From a bacterium (GTDB lineage: Bacteria; SAR324; XYD2-FULL-50-16; G965216635): a stretch of 64,000 nt of DNA. This document shows positions 8,626-17,337 of the stretch, in pieces. The stretch covers positions 1,216,001 through 1,280,000 of the forward strand of contig OZ244188.1 of the NCBI GenBank assembly GCA_965216635.1, written 5' to 3'. The first letter of the stretch is position 1, and every line of letters begins with the position of its first letter. A model generated the notes under the pieces. It worked only from the letters and a program-made list of their open reading frames with translations, was not told the DNA's origin and searched no databases. Both the position numbers and the translations under genes were made by a program.

Positions 8626-11136
8626 TTATTTGATATAGGCGTTTAAAGAAATATAATCTTTTACATACATAGGAATAATATCACGCCAGCTGTTGAGAGC
8701 TTCGTATTCTGAAAAAGTAAAACCAGCATAATCTCTTGGAAATCTTTTTTGGTTTATTTCTGTTCTAAAATATTCATCTGCTACATAGGCTTTAATAAAG
8801 TTTTTGATATGCTGAATATATTTACTTTCAGGTTTATTAATAGAAATGAATTTTTCGCATTCTTCTTCTAGTTTTTCGTCTTTAGTTTTAAAATTGGTAA
8901 TCAAACCAAAAATTTTTTCTAAAACTTCACGCCAAGAAAGACGGCGGTCAAGGTTTTCAGTTTTGCGGAGTTTTTCAAGGGTTAAAAAAAGTTCTGGTTT
9001 GTTTTCGTATTTTTCTCGCATTATTTTTTCTACTTCATCCCATTTCTCGTTTTCTACTGCAAATTTTATTTGTTCGTCTTTTTGCAATGTTTCGCTTGCC
9101 TTTTCAAAAAGTTTGCGGTCTATTTTCATTCCAGCAGCACCAATAGCAGTTTCGGAGTGTGTTTTGATTTTATCAGGGTGAAATGTTTCAAACTCATCAA
9201 TGCTTATACCTATTTGCATCTCTCCTTGTTTTCCTTTTTGCTGGATTGGTAAATCTAAAACTTCATCATAATCAAATTTTTCTTCAAAATATTCACAGTT
9301 CGCAAAAAAATCAAAAAGTTTAAATTTAGTCTTTTCGTGTTTGTGTTTTTCTCCATTTTTATCAGTGTATTCAAAAATAAATTTTCTAGTGCCTCTACCT
9401 TTGATTTGGATAAAGTCTGTCGGTGAAAAAATTGGACGCATAAAAGCAAGGTTTAAAATATCTTCACAATCATAGCCTGTTGTCATCATTCCTACAGTAA
9501 CGCATACCCTTGTTTTGCTAGATTTATAATTTTCTAAAAATTTTGTTTTTCCATTAAGGTTGTTATTTGCAAATTTACTTGTAAATTTTCCAGCGTCTTC
9601 AATATTGGAAGTAACTTGTACCGCAAAATCAGAATTGTATTTTTTGGGGTAAAGTTGATGCGCTATTTTGTTCAAACTTTCTGTAATTTTGGAGGCGTGT
9701 TTTTGGCTGACACAAAAAATAATACTTTTGCCAATTTCATCACTTAGTGGGTCTTTCAGAGCGTTATCTAAAAATGTTTTACAAAAAACAGAATTAGTTT
9801 TTTCAGAAAAGAATTTTTTTTCAAAATCTCTTTGATAAAAAATTTGTTCTGTTTTTTCACAGTCTAGATTTTCTAACATCACTTCATAACCTTTTTCAGA
9901 AAGAAGTTTAGTTGTGATTTCTGTGCGGGCATCGGAGACAATAGGATTGATTAAAAATTTGTCTTGGACTCCAGCAAGTAGGCTATATCTAAAAGTTGGT
10001 TCACCATCGTTACAACCAAAGGTTGTGTAAGTATCCAAAAGTTGCCTCCGCTCCCAAGCTCTTGGATCTTTTTCGGACAATTCTTGCGGATTCACATTTT
10101 TAAGGTAATCTTTGGGAGTAGCGGTAAGTCCGAGTTTGTAACCAATAAAATACTCAAAAAGAGCCCTTGAATTTCCGTTAATGGCACGGTGAGATTCGTC
10201 TGCTATAACCAAATCAAAATCTGTTGGAGAGAAGAATCTTTTGTATTTGTTTTGTGCTATGAGGCTTTGCACAGTAGAAATAACAATTTCCGCTTTTTTC
10301 CAGTCATCACGGTTTTTTTTATAAATCAAAGTATGAAAGTCACTACTTAAATATTGCCTGAAATTTTTTTCAGCTTGCATTTCTAATTCTAAACGGTCAA
10401 CTAAAAATAAAATTCTCTTAGCATTTCCTGTTCGCAAAAAAAGTTTAATAATAGCAGCAGAAATAAGAGTTTTTCCTGTTCCTGTTGCCATTTCAAAAAG
10501 GAATTTATCTTTTCCTTTTTCAGCAGATTCTTGCAAAGAGTGAATAGACTTAAGTTGATAGGGTCGTAAAATTTTCAAACCTTTATCCCATAAATATTTT
10601 TCCCTTGTTGTTTCGTTTTTAAATTGAGGGTCATCTTTGAAATTTGGATTTTGCGAAAGTGCAATGTAATCATTATCTATTTTTTCATCTGCAAGCCGCT
10701 TATTATTAGGGCTAAAATCAAGTCGGTGTAATAAAGATTCTTGTGTTGGAAATTTTGTAATAATTTCAGGATTGCCTCTTTCTAAATCCCAAAAATAATG
10801 AAGATTGCCATTTGATAAAATAACAAACCGAGCATTTTCCGTTCTAGCATATTTTCGGGCTTGTTCTTTCCCGTCTAGCGGATCTTTTTCTTCTTTTTTT
10901 GCTTCTAAAATAACAAATGGAAAACCATTGTTATCTAAAAGTAAAAAATCAATATAGCCATCTTTAGTTGTTTCAAAATCCTCACCAAAAGCATCAATGT
11001 CTTTTTGAGTGATTTTTATATTGGATTCAAGTTGGATATTTGCCTTTTCTTCTTTAGTATCAAAAAATTGCCAGCCTGCTTCTTCAAGTAGCTTGTTTAT
11101 TTTTATTCTTGCTTTTGCTTCTTTTGTGTTTGCCAT
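8626..11136 (-). CDS. hsdR: Type I restriction endonuclease R subunit (DEAD/H translocase)
   Basis: IDFLL...LEAK nuclease motif, MATGTGKT, DESH, LTATP, QIKGRGTR. Confidence 0.9.
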   Translation of the reverse strand: MANTKEAKARIKINKLLEEAGWQFFDTKEEKANIQLESNIKITQKDIDAFGEDFETTKDGYIDFLLLDNNGFPFVILEAKKEEKDPLDGKEQARKYARTENARFVILSNGNLHYFWDLERGNPEIITKFPTQESLLHRLDFSPNNKRLADEKIDNDYIALSQNPNFKDDPQFKNETTREKYLWDKGLKILRPYQLKSIHSLQESAEKGKDKFLFEMATGTGKTLISAAIIKLFLRTGNAKRILFLVDRLELEMQAEKNFRQYLSSDFHTLIYKKNRDDWKKAEIVISTVQSLIAQNKYKRFFSPTDFDLVIADESHRAINGNSRALFEYFIGYKLGLTATPKDYLKNVNPQELSEKDPRAWERRQLLDTYTTFGCNDGEPTFRYSLLAGVQDKFLINPIVSDARTEITTKLLSEKGYEVMLENLDCEKTEQIFYQRDFEKKFFSEKTNSVFCKTFLDNALKDPLSDEIGKSIIFCVSQKHASKITESLNKIAHQLYPKKYNSDFAVQVTSNIEDAGKFTSKFANNNLNGKTKFLENYKSSKTRVCVTVGMMTTGYDCEDILNLAFMRPIFSPTDFIQIKGRGTRKFIFEYTDKNGEKHKHEKTKFKLFDFFANCEYFEEKFDYDEVLDLPIQQKGKQGEMQIGISIDEFETFHPDKIKTHSETAIGAAGMKIDRKLFEKASETLQKDEQIKFAVENEKWDEVEKIMREKYENKPELFLTLEKLRKTENLDRRLSWREVLEKIFGLITNFKTKDEKLEEECEKFISINKPESKYIQHIKNFIKAYVADEYFRTEINQKRFPRDYAGFTFSEYEALNSWRDIIPMYVKDYISLNAYIK

Positions 11137-11149
11137 AATTGGGTTTAAG

Positions 11150-11230
11150 AATTTTCTTATTCTGTATCAGATACTAAAGTAAAATTTTAAGTTTGTAAAA
11201 ACACCGAATTCAACTTACTTTATACTATAG
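11150..11230. repeat. About 80-bp direct repeat (copy 1), upstream of hsdR
   Basis: ATACTAAA..AAAATTTTAAGTTTGTAAAAACACC.AATTCAACTTAC...TTTATACTATAG also occurs at 14741-14830. Confidence 0.8.
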
Positions 11231-11298
11231 ATTTTTTGAATTTGCTTATCTAGTTTAGCCCCAATAGTGGGTAAGCATCAGCGAAATTCAAAGGTCTA
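11228..11298. repeat. Mosaic intergenic repeat copy (both TIRs)
   Basis: TAGATTTTTTGAATTT...TAGCCCCAATAGTGGGTAAGCATCAGCGAAATTCAAAGGTCTA. Confidence 0.8.
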
Positions 11299-11643
11299 CT
11301 ATTTTTTTGATTTGTTTTTCAAAATCAGAATCAATTTTTTGGGTTTTATTAAAGTCCTCATATTCAATAAAAGCTTTTTGTTCTGCTTGTTTATGAGAAA
11401 TTTTTCTTTGGTGTGTAAAATTTTGAAGTTGTTAAATTCTAAAAATTTATTCAAAGATTCAGCTAAATTTTCCATAGAAAATTCTCTTCTTTATTCAATT
11501 TGATTTTCAATATAATCAAAATAAACTGAAATTGTTCTTTCTAAATTTTTGATTTCTTTTTCGTTTAGATAATTTTTTGCAACGATAGTATCCGATTTTA
11601 AAACTCTACCTTTGGGTGAATTTTTTCAAGTTAAGAGTCCCAT
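11290..11643 (-). pseudogene. RhuM-family protein, C-terminal remnant
   Basis: MGLLT*KNSPKGRVLKSDTIVAKNYLNEKEIKNLERTIS.YFDYIENQIE*RREF...SDFEKQIK; two in-frame stops and one frameshift. Confidence 0.8.
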
Positions 11644-11685
11644 TTTTTCTGCTTGATTTGCTGTTAATTTTGGAAGTTTAGGCAA
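11641..11685 (-). pseudogene. HicA toxin N-terminal stub fused to the rhuM remnant
   Basis: TTG start overlapping the hicB end gives MPKLPKLTANQAEKM, a typical HicA N-terminus, then reads directly into RhuM sequence. Confidence 0.6.
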
Positions 11686-11896
11686 CGGAAATTTCCAGTG
11701 AAGTTGTGAATATTTCCTTACTTAAACAATGTTGTTTTTCTTCATAAGTTAATGTTTCTAAATAAAGTTCTACGGCTTCTTTAATATTTAGCAACACTTC
11801 ATCGAGAGAATCACCTTGTGTTTGGCAACACTTCATTTCAGGACAAAATGCGTAATATCCATACTTATCCTTTTCTATTACTATATTGGCTTTCAT
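11678..11896 (-). CDS. HicB-family antitoxin
   Basis: VIEKDKYGYYAFCPEMKCCQTQGDSLDEVLLNIKEAVELYL. Confidence 0.85.
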   Translation of the reverse strand: MKANIVIEKDKYGYYAFCPEMKCCQTQGDSLDEVLLNIKEAVELYLETLTYEEKQHCLSKEIFTTSLEISVA

Positions 11897-12099
11897 GTTT
11901 TTTAGTTTGAAATAGACTAATACCAAATTTTAATAAAAAACACACTATAATTGATAAAATTTTCAATCTAAAAAACTTCTTAAAATAACTTGACAATTTA
12001 AGCTAAAAATGAAAAATATAATTTTTATGTTTATTGAATATTTAAGTCTATGAAAGAAAAACTGACTTGTATTTAAAAAATCTTCTTATAAAATTTTGA

Positions 12100-12339
12100 A
12101 TGAGCCCGACTGTTTTTAGAAAAAAAAACTATAGATTTTTTTTCTTTTCTAGATAATAAAAAAGAATGCATATTCATATTCATTCACCTGATGGAGAAGC
12201 AAAATTTTGGCTACTTCCAAACATTGAATTGGCTAAAAATCATGGTTTTACAGAGAAACAATTAAGAGAAATAAAATTTATCCTTAAACAACATTATGAT
12301 GAAATCAAACATAGCTGGGAAAAATATTTCAGAAATTGA
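12100..12339 (+). pseudogene. DUF4160-family protein with two consecutive internal TAA stops
   Basis: MSPTVFRKKNYRFFFFSR**KRMHIHIHSPDGEAKFWLLP...SWEKYF; stops at 12154-12159. Confidence 0.8.
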
Positions 12340-12559
12340 AATAACAAATATTTCTACTCACGGATTTTGGTTGTTTTGTAGAGACGAAGAATTTTTTATG
12401 CCCTATAAAAAATTTCCGTTTTTTAAAGAAGCACCGTTAAAGAAAATTTTAAATTTTCAAGAAATTTCTCCGAATCATTTTTATTGGCCCGACTTAGATG
12501 TTGATTTAGGAATGGAAATAATTCAAAACCCTGATAGATTTCCTTTAATAGCCAAATAA
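12296..12559 (+). CDS. DUF2442-family protein (putative antitoxin partner of DUF4160)
   Basis: HGFWL...EFFMPYKKFPFF...FYWPDLDVDL. Confidence 0.85.
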   Translation: MMKSNIAGKNISEIEITNISTHGFWLFCRDEEFFMPYKKFPFFKEAPLKKILNFQEISPNHFYWPDLDVDLGMEIIQNPDRFPLIAK

Positions 12560-12598
12560 ATAGCTTTCTCTGGCTATAGTCCACTGAATTTGATTATT

Positions 12599-12650
12599 TA
12601 GAGACCTTTGAATTTGCTTATCTAGTAGCCTATGCAGAGTTTAAAAAAAT
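12599..12650. repeat. Mosaic intergenic repeat copy (one TIR)
   Basis: TAGAGACCTTTGAATTTGCTTATCTAGTAGCCTATGCAG. Confidence 0.75.
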
Positions 12651-12749
12651 AACTTGTCAAGTTATATTATTGGTTGTAGCTTTTATAGTAAGAGGTTCTT
12701 TTTAAGCTTTTTAATCTTTCATACAAAAAACAATTCTTAGACAGATTGA

Positions 12750-12893
12750 TTTTTCTTGTTTTCTTGGATTTGTTTTAGTTTCTCCCAATTTCTTTCTGCG
12801 ATGGCTTGGTTCTCTTCATTTTGAGTTTTTCTTGTTTTCTTGGATTTGTTTTAGTTTCTCCCAATTTCTTTCTGCGATGGCTTGGTTCTCTTC
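12750..12893. repeat. Tandem duplication (68 bp, period 76) of the 3' end of pentapeptide paralog 2
   Basis: TTTTTCTTGTTTTCTTGGATTTG...GGTTCTCTTC at 12750-12817 and 12826-12893. Confidence 0.9.
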
Positions 12894-14417
12894 GTTGTCT
12901 TCTAATATTCCAGTGATAATGTCTTTGGGTGTTGTATAGTCTGCTGCTTTATCTTTATTTTCTTCTATAATTTTTTGCATTTTTTGATGCCAATCAGTAG
13001 ATAAATATTTTTTGGCAGCTTCTATACTTTCTATAGCTTTTTCATCTAGCTTGCCTGAAAACAGCATATTCTCTAGTTCTGTTTTTTTACCAATACGGTC
13101 TTTGAAATTTTGGAAACTCTCTCCAGTGTAGGCTCCTTGACATTGTGCCCGAAAAAAAAATGCTTTTTGGCATTGTGCTTTATGAAAATCTGCTCCTTGA
13201 CATTGTGCTTTATGAAAATCTGCTCCTTGACATTGTGCTCCAGTGAAATTTGCATCTTGACATTGTGCCATTTTAAAATCTGCTCCTTGACATTGTGCGT
13301 CCGTAAAGTTTGCTCCTTGACATTGTGCAAAACTAAAATCTGCTCCTTGACATTGTGCTTGTCCAAAATCTGCTTCTTGGCATTGTGAATGATAAAATTT
13401 TGCTCCTTGACATTGTGTTTCAATAAAAATTGCTCTTTGACATTGTGCTTCAGTGAAATCTGCTCCTTGGCATTGTGCCCGAGAAAAAACAGCTCTTCGC
13501 ATCCGTCCGTGCTTAAAATCTGCTCCTTGACATTGTGCTTCAATGAAATTTGCTCCTTGGCATTGTGCTTGAGTAAAAGATACTTCTTGACATTGTGCTT
13601 GATCAAAATGTGCTCCTTGACATTGTGCGTACTTAAAATCTGCTCCTTGACATTGTGTTTCAATAAAAATTGCTCCTTGACATTGTGCTATAAAAAAATT
13701 AGCTCCTTGACATTGTGCCAGTTTAAAATCTGCTCCTTGACATTGTGCATTCATAAAGTTTGCTCTTTGACATTGTGCTTCAGTAAAATCTGCTTCTTGA
13801 CATTGTGCTTGAGTAAAAATTGCTCCTTTGCATTGTGCCGTACGAAAAATAGTCTTCACTAGATAAGCGTAGGCAAAATTGGCTTTTGGAAATTTTTCGT
13901 TTTGGGCAAAATCGTGGCAATAGATTCCAGTATTTCCGTTTTTATTTCTGACAAGCAAATCAATCGTAGTTTGGATTTCGTTGGAAGGTCTGTCTTTGTG
14001 GTTTTTTTGATATTCTTGCTCGTTAGTTTTGGAGCGGACATGCGAGCAGAGAATCTGAGCGACTTCTTTACGGTATTTTTCTTCTTCCAAAGCTAAATGG
14101 TAGAGCGAATAAATAGCCCCAGTGCGAGCAGAAGTTTCATTGCTTCCCAATAGATTGACCGCAGTTGTAAATCTTTCATCGGTTCGCTGTTCTATTTGCA
14201 AAACAATCTGCTTTTGTTGTAACGCAATTTGTTTGTCCTGCTTTTTTAATCTTTGATAAAAAAGATATAAACCAATAATAGCAATTACTCCACTAACAAC
14301 ACTGGTAATTGTGATTTTCATTTCTGTATCAATTAAACCACACCAAAAAAGCAAAAAAACACCTCCTATAATGATAATCCCACCCAAAACAACAGCAAAA
14401 ATTTTCAATAATTTCAT
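12816..14417 (-). CDS. Membrane-anchored pentapeptide-repeat protein (paralog 2)
   Basis: Core and C-terminus near-identical to 4840-6198; longer AQCQGAxFxx array and a different N-terminal TM region. Confidence 0.9.
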   Translation of the reverse strand: MKLLKIFAVVLGGIIIIGGVFLLFWCGLIDTEMKITITSVVSGVIAIIGLYLFYQRLKKQDKQIALQQKQIVLQIEQRTDERFTTAVNLLGSNETSARTGAIYSLYHLALEEEKYRKEVAQILCSHVRSKTNEQEYQKNHKDRPSNEIQTTIDLLVRNKNGNTGIYCHDFAQNEKFPKANFAYAYLVKTIFRTAQCKGAIFTQAQCQEADFTEAQCQRANFMNAQCQGADFKLAQCQGANFFIAQCQGAIFIETQCQGADFKYAQCQGAHFDQAQCQEVSFTQAQCQGANFIEAQCQGADFKHGRMRRAVFSRAQCQGADFTEAQCQRAIFIETQCQGAKFYHSQCQEADFGQAQCQGADFSFAQCQGANFTDAQCQGADFKMAQCQDANFTGAQCQGADFHKAQCQGADFHKAQCQKAFFFRAQCQGAYTGESFQNFKDRIGKKTELENMLFSGKLDEKAIESIEAAKKYLSTDWHQKMQKIIEENKDKAADYTTPKDIITGILEDNEENQAIAERNWEKLKQIQENKKNSK

Positions 14418-14435
14418 AGTTAAATTTCCGAAATA

Positions 14436-14723
14436 TTATTTTATCGTTATAAATGGCAAAAAATATCTGATATTTTTTCCTTCAATAGTGGTATGTCGGA
14501 AATCCCGACTAACTGAATTTTCTTTTAACTCACCTTCTGTAAAAATATTTTTTAAATGCTTGGTTATAGTGCTTCTCCCTTTGGCAAAAAGTTCTGCTAT
14601 TTTTTTTTGGGTTAGCCATATATTTTCATCGTGCAAAAACGCCTCAATTTTCACATCACCGTTCGGTGCTGTGTAGAGCAGAAATTCTGTTAATTCATCT
14701 CTCGTAGTTATTTTTTTAGTCAT
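14436..14723 (-). pseudogene. RhuM-family protein, N-terminal fragment
   Basis: FLLYTAPNGDVKIE...ENIWLTQKKIAELF...TITKHLKNIFTEGEL; truncated at about 85 aa of homology. Confidence 0.8.
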
Positions 14724-14740
14724 AGTGGGTTGAAAAAAAA

Positions 14741-14830
14741 ATTCTTATTTCTGTATAAATACTAAAACAAAATTTTAAGTTTGTAAAAACACCAAATTCA
14801 ACTTACGCTCAAATTACTTTATACTATAGT
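14741..14830. repeat. About 80-bp direct repeat (copy 2), upstream of the rhuM fragment
   Basis: Matches 11150-11230 with a short insertion. Confidence 0.8.
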
Positions 14831-14871
14831 ATCAAAAATCAATTAAATTTTTTAAAATTGAAATATAACCA

Positions 14872-16395
14872 ATGAATAAAACCAATTTACAGCAAACAGA
14901 TACCATCGTAGGCATGGCTACTGCTGTTGGAAAAGCGGGCGTTAATGTTATTCGTATGAGTGGAATCACTGCCCTCAGTAACATCCAAAAAATTTTTTAT
15001 TCTTCTAAAAATAGCCCAATAAAATCGCACCAGATAGAGTCGCACCAAATAGAGTCACACCAAATAAAACCGCACCAAATAAAATCACACCAAATAAAAC
15101 CGCACCAGATAAAACCGCACCAAATAAAACCACACCAAATAAAACCACACCAAATAAAATCACACAGGTTTTATCACGGATGGATAAAACACCAAGGGGA
15201 ATGGATAGACGAAGTATTAGTGGTATTTATGAAAGCTCCTCGTAGCTATACAAAAGAAGATGTTGTAGAAATTCATAGCCATGGCAATATTTTAATCGCA
15301 AACAGAATGTTGAAAATTTTACTTTCCTTAGGAGTAAAATTAGCAGAAAGGGGAGAATTTACTAAAAGAGCTTTTCTAAACGGAAGGATAGATTTGACAA
15401 AAGCAGAAGCCATAGGGCAGCTCGTTCAAGCGAAAAGTCTGGCGTCTTTATCCCAAGCTGTGAATCAACTGCAAGGCAAACTATTTGATAAAATTAGCTC
15501 TTTTAGAGAAAAAATTGCTTGGGTTTTGTCGCTCATTAATGCGCAGATTGACTTTATAGAAGAGGATGTTTTTTTTACCCATTTAAAGCAGGTTGAAAAA
15601 GATTTACAGAAAATCAACAAAGAATTAATTACTTTAATAGATACTGCTGAGCAGGGAAAAATAATCCAAGAAGGAGTGCGATTAGTTTTATTAGGGGCGG
15701 TAAATGTTGGCAAAAGTAGTCTAATGAATGCTTTGCTAAAAGAGGAGCGTTCTATTGTCACTTCCACCGCTGGAACTACAAGGGATTTTATAGAAGAAAG
15801 TATTTCAATTCAAAATATTCTTTTTTATCTTACAGATACCGCTGGTATTCGCACAGCAAACTCGCTTATAGAAAAATTAGGCATTGAAAGAAGCTACCAA
15901 ATAGCACAAAAAGCGGATGCCATCCTGTGGGTCGTGGATTCTAGCAAACCTGATTTTTCTATAAATTTTCAAAAACTACCAGCTAATATTCCTATTTTAT
16001 TGGTTTGTAATAAAACCGATTTACGAAAAATAGATAAAGCAGAAATTCCCAAAGAATATCAAATTTTTCCCTGTGTGTCAGTTTCTGCACTGCAAAAAAA
16101 TAATTGCCAAAAAAACACCATCCCAAAACTAGAAACTGCCATTTATCAGTTGATCTTTGACAAAGACTTTTCTCACCAGTCTTTGATGCTTACCAATCAA
16201 AGACAAAAACAAGCAGCTATTGAAACTCAAAAATCCATTCATTCTGCTTTACAAATATTAAAAAAAAAAGCTAGCGAAGAAATAATTGCAGAGGATTTAA
16301 AAAATGCTTTGTATAGTCTGGGGCTCATTGTGGGAGAAACTACAACCGAAGATCTGTTAGATAATATTTTTTCTAATTTTTGTATTGGAAAATAA
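14872..16395 (+). CDS. mnmE: tRNA modification GTPase MnmE
   Basis: GEFTKRAFLNGRIDL, GAVNVGKSS, GTTRD, DTAG, C-terminal FCIGK. Confidence 0.97.
   Translation: MNKTNLQQTDTIVGMATAVGKAGVNVIRMSGITALSNIQKIFYSSKNSPIKSHQIESHQIESHQIKPHQIKSHQIKPHQIKPHQIKPHQIKPHQIKSHRFYHGWIKHQGEWIDEVLVVFMKAPRSYTKEDVVEIHSHGNILIANRMLKILLSLGVKLAERGEFTKRAFLNGRIDLTKAEAIGQLVQAKSLASLSQAVNQLQGKLFDKISSFREKIAWVLSLINAQIDFIEEDVFFTHLKQVEKDLQKINKELITLIDTAEQGKIIQEGVRLVLLGAVNVGKSSLMNALLKEERSIVTSTAGTTRDFIEESISIQNILFYLTDTAGIRTANSLIEKLGIERSYQIAQKADAILWVVDSSKPDFSINFQKLPANIPILLVCNKTDLRKIDKAEIPKEYQIFPCVSVSALQKNNCQKNTIPKLETAIYQLIFDKDFSHQSLMLTNQRQKQAAIETQKSIHSALQILKKKASEEIIAEDLKNALYSLGLIVGETTTEDLLDNIFSNFCIGK
15019..15168 (+). repeat. In-frame 15-nt minisatellite x10 in mnmE (I[KE][SP]HQ)
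   Basis: ATA(A/G)A(A/G)(T/C)C(G/A)CACCA(A/G) units. Confidence 0.95.
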
Positions 16396-16434
16396 ATTTT
16401 TGTATATTGCAGTTTGTTTTAAAACCTAGTTTGC

Positions 16435-17337
16435 TTATTTTAGATGGCAGTTAATCTGCTCTCTCCAAAAACAAGCTAACTCTTTTTGTTGTTGGCTGAT
16501 TTTTTTTTGAGAGTGAGAATTTTTTTGTCCAATTTTTTTGGAGAGGGGAAACATTAAAGAACGAGACAAACTAAAAAGACATCTTTTTAAATCTATTTTA
16601 GAAGCAGCAAAGTCTTCTATTTTTCCAGACTGAGCCCCTAAACCCGGCACCAGGTAAAGCGGTTTTTCTGCTTCTGGTAAATCACTCAAAGAAGTCAATC
16701 GCAGAAAATTTTGTAAATCATTATCTGTTGGTTTATAAGTAGCTCCCAAAACAAACCCGTCTACTTTTGCTTCCATTGCTATTTTTACTCGGTATTCATA
16801 AAGTTTTATTCCTTTAGAATTGGTAAAACTCATTTCTGTTTTAAATTCAGGGTTGCTCATCAACCCCATAGTAAAAACCGCAAGTTTTTTTCTGTGTGCT
16901 AGCTCTATGGATTGTTGCGAATTTCCCGCATAAGCAGCAATAGTGATAGCATCTGCTCCGAGTATTTGAGCGTAGTGCATCCAAGCATCGTTTGTAGAGC
17001 CTATATCGGAATACTTGGCGTCCAGCAAAAATAGCAATTCTTTTTTTTTGCATAATTTGGCTAATTCGGACAAAGCTTCTCCGTCTGTTTTATCTTGCCA
17101 ATAGGCTAGGTTGATTTTTATACCTACACAAAAATCTGCGACTGCCTCTATAAAATCTAAACTGAATTGCAATTTTTTTTCTCTATTGGGATAGTTATTA
17201 TTGGGGTGGTTATTATTGGGATAGTTATTGGGACTGCCTTCGTTCCCGCTCATTTCCTTTGTTGCTGTATCTACTCCAGCTAGTAGCAAAGAATTTTTTG
17301 CCTTAGATAGTTCGTGAAATTTTTGCTTAAAATTCAT
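16435..17337 (-). CDS. pyrF: Orotidine-5'-phosphate decarboxylase
   Basis: GIKINLAY, LDAKYSDIGST, LVPGLGAQSG; ATG at 17337 overlaps the pyrB end. Confidence 0.9.
   Translation of the reverse strand: MNFKQKFHELSKAKNSLLLAGVDTATKEMSGNEGSPNNYPNNNHPNNNYPNREKKLQFSLDFIEAVADFCVGIKINLAYWQDKTDGEALSELAKLCKKKELLFLLDAKYSDIGSTNDAWMHYAQILGADAITIAAYAGNSQQSIELAHRKKLAVFTMGLMSNPEFKTEMSFTNSKGIKLYEYRVKIAMEAKVDGFVLGATYKPTDNDLQNFLRLTSLSDLPEAEKPLYLVPGLGAQSGKIEDFAASKIDLKRCLFSLSRSLMFPLSKKIGQKNSHSQKKISQQQKELACFWREQINCHLK

Noticed and set aside
11626..12159. Alternative genetic code suggested by in-frame TGA/TAA in rhuM, DUF4160 and the FHA-like fragment
   Set aside because: Intact genes end at TGA and TAA and use TGG for Trp. 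The rhuM remnant also has a frameshift, so these are pseudogenes.
13130..13840. CRISPR-like array (conserved 18 nt plus variable 12 nt), also at 5155-5510
   Set aside because: The period is exactly 30 nt and in frame within pentapeptide-repeat CDSs. The variable parts are too short for spacers and no cas genes are present.
13073..13862. Alternative-frame repetitive ORFs (HNVKEQ..., CSLTLC...), also at 5100-5529
   Set aside because: By-products of the stop-poor 30-nt repeat.
4840..14417. Diversity-generating retroelement template/variable pair between the pentapeptide paralogs
   Set aside because: No reverse transcriptase in the window, and the differences involve repeat number and all bases rather than adenines only.
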